Source: Thermoanaerobaculia bacterium
GTDB taxonomy: Bacteria; Acidobacteriota; Thermoanaerobaculia; UBA5066; Gp7-AA6
Assembly: GCA_041483715.1 (NCBI GenBank)
Contig: JBGPGG010000001.1
Location: forward strand, 8,936 to 72,935
DNA: 64,000 bases
Direction: 5' to 3'
Below the pieces are notes generated by a model. It had not been told where the DNA came from. It worked only from the letters and a program-made list of their open reading frames with translations, and did not search any database. Positions 58,801-64,000 of this stretch are shown here, piece after piece (the first letter of the stretch is position 1; each line of letters begins with the position of its first letter). The position numbers were made by a program, and so were the translations under genes.

Positions 58801-59171
58801 GAGGCCGCGGCGGCCTTTTCGTAGATCTCGATCGCGCCTGCCCGATCGCCGGCGAGCTCGCGCCGCGCGGCTTCCAGCGCGAGCACAGCCGCATCGTCGG
58901 GAGTGAGAAGCAGCGCCTGCGCCATCAGGCGTGCGGCAAGGGCGGCGTCCTTCGCCCGTAGGGCGGCGACGGCGCCGTTGGACCAGCCGAGCGGTTCCGA
59001 CGGCGCGAGCCGCCGGATCGTCTCGAACTGCGCCGCGGCCTCCGCAAGGTTGCCCTCCTCGAGCGCCGCCAGGCCGACGTTCCTGGCCGCCTGGAGCTTC
59101 AGCGCATCGGACGGCGACAGCGGGGCCGCGGAAACCGCGAGGGCGAGGATCAGGCCGAGCAGCGCTGTCAC
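55836..59171 (-). CDS. Large TPR + FG-GAP/VCBS + ASPIC/UnbV protein with extra C-terminal domain (CRTAC1-family, ~1110 aa)
   Basis: N-terminal TPR region, central DVDADGDLDLY / DFDRDGDVDLL / DYDNDGFLDLF repeats, UnbV-like segment, then ~380 aa more. The track start (59285) overlaps the macro-domain gene; GTG at 59171 gives signal-like MTALLGLILALAVSAAP. Start uncertain. Confidence 0.65.
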   Translation of the reverse strand: MTALLGLILALAVSAAPLSPSDALKLQAARNVGLAALEEGNLAEAAAQFETIRRLAPSEPLGWSNGAVAALRAKDAALAARLMAQALLLTPDDAAVLALEAARRELAGDRAGAIEIYEKAAAASPRDVASLWNASRLLAEMGDASRRAAIRDVEAALAQAPANAFLLVRLGELLRAEGETTGAIAASDRLAALVAGEAKLDQALADGRQALEAGDARGASLKYRIAENILRATPRYQQARRDVEPGVLGLPLENWGPVLSGVLRARAPSPIPVSFAPKADAGLEGVVGAAMVRAAGRDARDLVLAGEAGLRVAAASAAGYRPGVPIPGSGAADVAVADVTNSGSLDLVTPGSLWIHDGEGYARVAIAAGERIVPFDVDADGDLDLYVSSKAGDHLLRNNLDGTWTDIASASGIAPGTTSRFAVAADFDRDGDVDLLLARREGGFILYDNLRGGRLTARDAGLPKTGAILAGAAGDLNGDGRVDLVWTSDAGAFVALNRGDGTFGAALPVGAGAAPILFDYDNDGFLDLFLGSPLGPSALYRNDGTGNFAAASVGTLPAARDAEAVDFDGDGDLDLALVLPDGSVALFENRGGNANGWIDVALEGLPTGSAKVNRFGFGSEVEARAQDLYVYRVASRPVTRLGLGARRKADVLRIVWTNGVPQNALDPPVKTVLREVQQLKGSCPFLYAFDGARWHFVTDVLGRAPAGLLFDGVHQAAADTREWLVVPGDWLEPSGATLTLDFTEELWETAYFDLAELYAVDHLAGVALVSNEKMVPPPFPPKEIFTVSRPFTPRAVDGDGRDRTVEIAAEDGVFLAGFAPTRYQGLVEPHELVLDLSEARAGGRVMLYLTGWIFYADTSINVSLAQRKDIAASAPLLEVPDGRGGWKTAITSMGYPAGKTKTMPVDLSDVLDRGDPRVRIRTNLAIFWDRIAYTVDEAPAPLRMTAIPLSGAELSFRGFSRMRRESPDGPQVFVHDDVSKERRWADMAGLYTRFGDVRELLHAADDRYVVMKGGDAVRLRFDAGALAAVPEGWVRDYVLVLDGWDKDADKNTVAGQTVAPFPFHGMDDALYGELSFPETDAHREFVRDYLTRRGGPGEFVDAMKSAVSSQQ

Positions 59172-59202
59172 CGGGGCCCGGTTAAGCCTTCGCGGCGCCG
59201 GC

Positions 59203-59721
59203 TCACGCCTTCTCGACGCCGAGGGCTGTCTCGAAGGCCCCGTAGGTTTCGTCGTCGAGCACGCAGAACACGATCTTCTGGACATACTCGGAACCCGGCG
59301 CGAAGGACCGGGCAGCGGCGACGCTGATCTCGGCGGCCATCGCCAGCGGAAAGCCGAAGGCGCCGGTCGAGAGGGCGGGCAGGGCGACGGAGGCCGCGCC
59401 GATGTCCTCGCCCCGCCGCAGCGCCTGGAGGACCGCGGAGGCGAGCAGCATCTCCTCGCCGAAACTGCCGCCCTTCCAGACCGGACCGACCGCGTGGATC
59501 ACCCACTTCGCGGGGAGCTTGCCCGCCTTCGTCACGACCGCCTGCCCGACGGCGCACGTGCCGATGTGGTCGCACTCCTCCTGGATCGTGGGACCGCCGT
59601 TCTGGCGGATTGCCCCGGCGACTCCGGAGCCGAGCTGCAGGGCTTCGTTGGCGGCGTTGACGACGGCGTCCACGTGGATCCGCGTGATGTCGGTCTTCGC
59701 GAGCTCGATGACGGCGGGCAT
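59203..59721 (-). CDS. Macro-domain protein (O-acetyl-ADP-ribose deacetylase, YmdB-like)
   Basis: HVDAVVNAANEALQLGSGVAGAI...; 172 aa macro domain. Confidence 0.85.
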   Translation of the reverse strand: MPAVIELAKTDITRIHVDAVVNAANEALQLGSGVAGAIRQNGGPTIQEECDHIGTCAVGQAVVTKAGKLPAKWVIHAVGPVWKGGSFGEEMLLASAVLQALRRGEDIGAASVALPALSTGAFGFPLAMAAEISVAAARSFAPGSEYVQKIVFCVLDDETYGAFETALGVEKA

Positions 59722-59739
59722 GGCGATCGAGGTCCGGCC

Positions 59740-60807
59740 TCAGGCCGAGAGCGTCTTCACGATTGCTTCCGCGATCCGCATGTACGCTTCGGTGACCGGC
59801 GACTTGGGCTCGCCCGCGACGATTGGAAGGCCGGAGTCGCCGCCAATCACGATCTTCGGGTCGAGGGGGATCTCGCCTAGGAACGGCACCTTGAGCTCTT
59901 CGGCCGTGCGCTTGCCCCCGCCATGCTTGAAGATCTCCTCGCGGTGGCCGCACTTCGGGCAGAGGTAGTAGGACATGTTCTCCACGATGCCGAGCAGGGG
60001 CACGTTCACCTTCTGGAACATCGCCAGCCCCTTGCGCGCGTCGATGAGCGACACGTCCTGCGGCGTCGTCACGATGACCGCCCCGGAGAGATGGATCTTC
60101 TGGGTCAGCGTCAGGTGCGCGTCCCCCGTTCCGGGCGGCAGGTCGATCACGAGGAAATCGAGCGCGCCCCAGGCCACGTCCTGCAGGAACTGCTCGACCG
60201 CCTTCATGACCATCGGGCCGCGCCAGATCACGGGCTGGTCGACGTCCATCAGGAAACCGAGCGACATCACCTTCACGCCGTGGCGCTCGATCGGGACGAT
60301 CTGGTTTGCCTCGTTGATGTAGGGCTTCTCGTCGATGCCCATCATCATCTGCTGCGACGGGCCGTAGATGTCCGAGTCCATGAGGCCGACCCGGTGGCCC
60401 ACGCGCTCGAGCGCGAGCGCGAGGTTGGCCGCGACGGTAGACTTGCCCACGCCGCCCTTGCCGGAAGCCACGGCGATCTTGAAGCGCACGTCCTTCAGGA
60501 TCGCGGCGTCGGCCGGGGCTCCGGAGGGCCGGGGGGCAGCGGCCGAGGGCGGTTTGACGTCGAGGCGGATCGTCACCGCGTGGACGCCGGGCACGCCGCG
60601 CAGCTTCTCGGTGGCGTCGCGCCGAATTTCCTCGGCGGCCGCGGAGGATTCCGTCATGATCTCGAGGCGCATCGACACGTTGCCGCCGCCAACGGCGAGG
60701 TCCTTGACGAAACCGAAGGACACGATGTCGCGCGAGAGCCCCGGGAACCGCACGGTCCGCAGGATCTCCAGCACCTTCTCTTCGGTCAGCTCTGCCGTGG
60801 CGCTCAT
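59740..60807 (-). CDS. mrp: Fe-S cluster carrier ATPase Mrp/ApbC (NBP35 family)
   Basis: Internal ATG of the long shadow-extended track ORF. N-terminal DUF59-like, P-loop IAVASGKGGVGKST, CPKCG. Confidence 0.9.
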   Translation of the reverse strand: MSATAELTEEKVLEILRTVRFPGLSRDIVSFGFVKDLAVGGGNVSMRLEIMTESSAAAEEIRRDATEKLRGVPGVHAVTIRLDVKPPSAAAPRPSGAPADAAILKDVRFKIAVASGKGGVGKSTVAANLALALERVGHRVGLMDSDIYGPSQQMMMGIDEKPYINEANQIVPIERHGVKVMSLGFLMDVDQPVIWRGPMVMKAVEQFLQDVAWGALDFLVIDLPPGTGDAHLTLTQKIHLSGAVIVTTPQDVSLIDARKGLAMFQKVNVPLLGIVENMSYYLCPKCGHREEIFKHGGGKRTAEELKVPFLGEIPLDPKIVIGGDSGLPIVAGEPKSPVTEAYMRIAEAIVKTLSA

Positions 60808-61547
60808 GCGTCCTCCCCGGCCGATTCTATGTCGGCTCTCGCCTCCGCGCGCAGGAGCGCCACGCTCTCCCGCAGCTGGCCGGTCAGGGCGGCGCGGTCG
60901 CGCGGCGCCCGTCCGGCCGACGCCGTCGGCTCGCCGACCGCGAGGCAGACCCGCGACGGCAGGATCGTGAAGCCGCCGCGGCGCTGGATCTGGAAGGTCC
61001 CCGCGATCCCGAGGGGCAAGAGCGGCAGCCCCGATCGGAGCGCCAGAAGCGCCGCGCCCCCCTTGAACGGCGAGAGCTCCCCCGTCCGCGTGCGGGTCTC
61101 CTCGGGAAAGACGATGAGCGAACGCCCGCCCTCGAGGCGCGACAGCGCGGCGTCGACCAGCGCGAAACTGCGCGAGCGCGTCTGGCGGTCGACCGGGATG
61201 AAGCCTGCGGCCGCCATGGACCAGCCGAGGATGGGAAGGCGGAAGAGGTTGCGCTTGGCCAGAAAGCGCACCGACATGGGAAGCACCGCGAGGAGCACCA
61301 GGATGTCGTAGAAGCTCTCGTGGTTGGGCGCGATCACGAAGCTCGCCTGGGTCTCGAGCCGCTCGCCATGCCGCACACGGACGGTGACTCCCGAAACGGC
61401 GAGGATGAGGCGCGCCCATCCGCGCGCCACCTTCAGGAACCACTCGCCGCGCGGGGGCACGAACGCGAGCGGGATCGCGGGGAGGCCGAACAGGACCGTG
61501 GCGACGGAGATGACGATCCAGACGCCCAGGGAGCGCAGAAAACGCAC
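60804..61547 (-). CDS. plsC: 1-acyl-sn-glycerol-3-phosphate acyltransferase
   Basis: NHESFYD (HX4D) and FPEETR motifs. Stop overlaps the mrp start (ATGA). Confidence 0.85.
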   Translation of the reverse strand: MRFLRSLGVWIVISVATVLFGLPAIPLAFVPPRGEWFLKVARGWARLILAVSGVTVRVRHGERLETQASFVIAPNHESFYDILVLLAVLPMSVRFLAKRNLFRLPILGWSMAAAGFIPVDRQTRSRSFALVDAALSRLEGGRSLIVFPEETRTRTGELSPFKGGAALLALRSGLPLLPLGIAGTFQIQRRGGFTILPSRVCLAVGEPTASAGRAPRDRAALTGQLRESVALLRAEARADIESAGEDA

Positions 61548-61596
61548 GGCGGCGGATGGTAACAGAGGCGCAAGTCCCGGTAAGTCCGGCGTTTAC

Positions 61597-62460
61597 ATGG
61601 CGGGAAGCGAGGGCGTAGAATGCGCCGTCCCCATGGCTCCACCCGAACCGTCCGCAACGGCGATCTTCTATCGCAACCTCGCCTGGCTGCGGTTTGTCGA
61701 CCGTTTCGGCCGCAAGGGCTCGCATATCGTCGAGTACGTCGGAGGCCTGTCGCAGCTCGTGGGCCAGGCGCTCACCGGGTGCGTGAGCCGGCCGTTCTAC
61801 TCCTCGGAACTCCTGCACCAGATGGACGAGCTCGGCGTCAAGTCGCTCTCGATCACCGGCATCACGGCGTTCGTCACCGGCGGTGTGCTCGCTCTGCAAA
61901 CGGCCTACTCTCTCGAGGCCTTCGGCGGCAAGACCTTCATCGGGCGCATCGTGTCGCTCTCGCTCGTGCGCGAGCTCGGCCCGATCCTGACGGCGCTCAT
62001 GGTCGCCGGCCGCGTCGGCTCGGGCATCACCGCCGAGATCGGCTCGATGACCGTGACCGAGCAGGTGGACGCGCTGCGCGCGATGGCGATCTCTCCCGTC
62101 CGCCGCCTCGTCGTGCCGCGCCTGCTGGCGATCCTGCTCATGATGCCGGTCCTGACGGCGATCGCCGACGTGCTCGGCATCCTCGGCGGACTCGGGATCG
62201 CGGTGCTGGAGATCCGGATGACCTTCCAAGACTACTTCACGAGCATCCTGCAACAGCTGCAGATCTCCGACATCTGCAGCGGGCTTTCGAAGACCTTCTT
62301 CTTCGGGTTCGAGATCGCAGCGATCGGATGCTACAACGGGCTCCAGGTCGAAGGCGGCGCCACCGCCGTCGGCCGGGCGACGACGCGGACGGTGGTGCTC
62401 GCATCGATCTGCATCCTGATCTCCGACTTCCTCCTGACGAAGCTCTTCCTGGCGATCTAA
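61597..62460 (+). CDS. mlaE: Mla/Ttg2-type ABC transporter permease
   Basis: Aligns with E. coli MlaE (SLVRELGPILTALMVAGRVGSGITAEIGSM..., GRATTRTVV). First ATG chosen; an alternative ATG lies at 61633. Confidence 0.85.
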   Translation: MAGSEGVECAVPMAPPEPSATAIFYRNLAWLRFVDRFGRKGSHIVEYVGGLSQLVGQALTGCVSRPFYSSELLHQMDELGVKSLSITGITAFVTGGVLALQTAYSLEAFGGKTFIGRIVSLSLVRELGPILTALMVAGRVGSGITAEIGSMTVTEQVDALRAMAISPVRRLVVPRLLAILLMMPVLTAIADVLGILGGLGIAVLEIRMTFQDYFTSILQQLQISDICSGLSKTFFFGFEIAAIGCYNGLQVEGGATAVGRATTRTVVLASICILISDFLLTKLFLAI

Positions 62461-63290
62461 TGAGCGCCGCCGCCCCTGCGACCGACCGCCTACCCGCCGC
62501 CCTGCCGCGCGGCGAGACGATCGTCGAGTTCCGGAACGTCTGGAAGCGCTACTCGGGCCGGGACGTGCTCGCCGGGGTCAACCTCCAGATCCGGCGGGGC
62601 GAAGTCCTCTGCATCCTCGGGCCCTCGGGCACGGGAAAGAGCGTGGCGCTGCGCCACATCAACGGCCTGACGCACCCCGACGACGGGGACGTGCTCGTCT
62701 TCGGAGAATCGGTCGTCGGCCTCTCGGAGGAGGAGCTCTCTCCCGTGCGCCGGCGCGTGGCCATGCTCTTCCAGGGCGGGGCCCTCTTCGACTCGATGAG
62801 CGTCGAGGAGAATATCGCCTTTCCGGTCCGCGAGCACACGCCGAAGGCGGAGGACGAAGTCGCCGCGATCGTCGCGGAGAAGCTCACGCTGGTGGGCCTG
62901 CCCGGCATCCAGAAGAAGATGCCGTCCGAGCTCTCGGGCGGCATGCGCAAGCGGGTCGCCCTCGCCCGCTCGATCGCCCTCGAGCCCGAGATCATCCTCT
63001 ACGACGAGCCGACGACGGGCCTCGATCCCGTCTCGTCGGAAAAGATCGCGCAGTTGATCGTGGACGTCAACGAGCGGCTCCGGACGACCTCGGTCGTCGT
63101 GACGCACGACATCGTCACGGCTCGCACCGTTTCCGACCGCGTGGTGTTCCTGCACCAGGGCCGGTTCCAGTTCGTCGGCACGTTCGAGGAGGCCGCGAGC
63201 AACGGCCACCCCGTCCTCATGGACTATTTCCGGGCGATGGGCTTCCCCTGTGGAACGGGGGTCTTCCGGGCGATACCGAAGGGAGAGTGA
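62460..63290 (+). CDS. mlaF: Mla-type ABC transporter ATP-binding protein
   Basis: Walker A GPSGTGKS, signature LSGGMRKRVALAR, Walker B ILYDEPT. ATG overlaps the mlaE stop (TAATG). Confidence 0.9.
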   Translation: MSAAAPATDRLPAALPRGETIVEFRNVWKRYSGRDVLAGVNLQIRRGEVLCILGPSGTGKSVALRHINGLTHPDDGDVLVFGESVVGLSEEELSPVRRRVAMLFQGGALFDSMSVEENIAFPVREHTPKAEDEVAAIVAEKLTLVGLPGIQKKMPSELSGGMRKRVALARSIALEPEIILYDEPTTGLDPVSSEKIAQLIVDVNERLRTTSVVVTHDIVTARTVSDRVVFLHQGRFQFVGTFEEAASNGHPVLMDYFRAMGFPCGTGVFRAIPKGE

Positions 63291-63293
63291 GGC

Positions 63294-64000
63294 GTGGTCG
63301 CAGAGCAACAGGTCGGACGCCGATTCCGCGTGGGCCTCGTGGTCCTCGTCGCGCTGACCGCGACGACGGTCGGGATCTTCATGATCGGGCAGCGCGCGAA
63401 CCTCTTTCGCAGCAAGTTCCCGTACGAAACGCACTTCGAGTCGGCCTCGGGCCTGATCTCGGGCAACAACGTCTCGTTGAACGGCGTGGTCGTCGGCAGC
63501 GTCATCGAGGTCCGGCTCTCGGGCGACCCGGCCGACCGGACCGTGCGTGTCGTCTACGACGTCGTCAAGCGCTGGGCGCCGATGATCCGCAAGGGCACGC
63601 ACGCCTCGATCAAGACGCGCGGCCTCCTCGGCGACAAGTACATCGAGCTCGAGGGCGGCAAGCCCGGCGAGCCCGAGGTGCCGATCGGCGGCGAGATTCC
63701 GCCAGCGGCCGGCGCCGGCCTCGAAAAGTTCCTCGAGGGCAGCGGCGACCTCATGGCGGACCTCTCGGGGATCGCCAAGTCCTTGAAGAACATCCTCGGG
63801 CGCACCGAGAAGGGCGAGGGCTTTCTCGGCGCGATCACGTCCAACAGCGAGGAAAGCGAGCGTCTCGGCAACAACCTGAATGCCACCCTCCACTCCCTGA
63901 ACGCGATCCTCGCGAAGGTCGAGAACGGCCAGGGCCTCGCGGGCAGGCTCCTGATCGACGAGAAGTACGGCCGCGAGACCAGCGAGTCGCTCGCCGGCGC
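63294..64000 (+). CDS. mlaD: MCE-domain protein MlaD (3' end beyond window)
   Basis: GTG start 5 nt after RBS AAGGGAGAG. N-terminal TM helix then MCE domain (GLISGNNVSLNGVVVGSV...); runs to the window end without a stop. Confidence 0.7.
   Translation, partial: MVAEQQVGRRFRVGLVVLVALTATTVGIFMIGQRANLFRSKFPYETHFESASGLISGNNVSLNGVVVGSVIEVRLSGDPADRTVRVVYDVVKRWAPMIRKGTHASIKTRGLLGDKYIELEGGKPGEPEVPIGGEIPPAAGAGLEKFLEGSGDLMADLSGIAKSLKNILGRTEKGEGFLGAITSNSEESERLGNNLNATLHSLNAILAKVENGQGLAGRLLIDEKYGRETSESLAG

Noticed and set aside
59740-62253. 837-aa minus-strand ORF
   Set aside because: Only the last 355 codons (Mrp/ApbC) are real. The upstream part is antisense to plsC and mlaE.

Overview
A 64 kb, high-GC (~68-70%) stretch of a Gram-negative-type bacterial chromosome, dense with housekeeping and cell-envelope genes. 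Gene content (many TPR proteins, CRTAC1/ASPIC-UnbV paralogues, a large sigma-54 activator) is compatible with an Acidobacteria-like lineage; this is inference only. I call 57 protein-coding genes: rpmF-plsX; a 3-glycosyltransferase + priming phosphotransferase exopolysaccharide/O-antigen locus; a minus-strand pgpA-murB-manC-moxR-DUF58-tgpA string; recA; purH; a KDO pathway set kdsB-pyrG-kdsA ... kdsD-kdsC; tatA/tatC; ctpA; nrdR; hsp20-lon-thiL; aroA-lpxH; a membrane-anchored pentaheme c-type cytochrome next to three CRTAC1-family paralogues; mrp-plsC; mlaEFD. No rRNA, tRNA, CRISPR array, transposase or integrase was recognised. Because of the GC content, every long antisense or alternate-frame ORF in the track is a shadow of a real gene and is ignored. 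The most unusual sequence-level signal is a family of at least 10 gene-end/intergenic elements built from tandem 7-nt units followed by the complementary 7-mers (long slippable hairpins). Several overlap stop codons and encode the last residues of unrelated proteins. Other points of interest: a DedA-rhodanese fusion gene with an in-frame TGA in the rhodanese active-site loop followed by a hairpin (selenocysteine candidate or fresh nonsense mutation); kdsA with no canonical start codon (probable CTG coupled to the pyrG stop); a 99-aa miniature L-serine dehydratase-like ORF coupled to a TPR glycosyltransferase; a 1310-aa sigma-54 activator with a ~950-aa non-canonical N-terminal region; a LolA-like domain fused to a C-terminal beta-barrel; and pervasive 4-nt start/stop overlaps linking functionally unrelated genes. 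Start codons were verified against the ORF track by frame arithmetic but could not be checked by homology searches.
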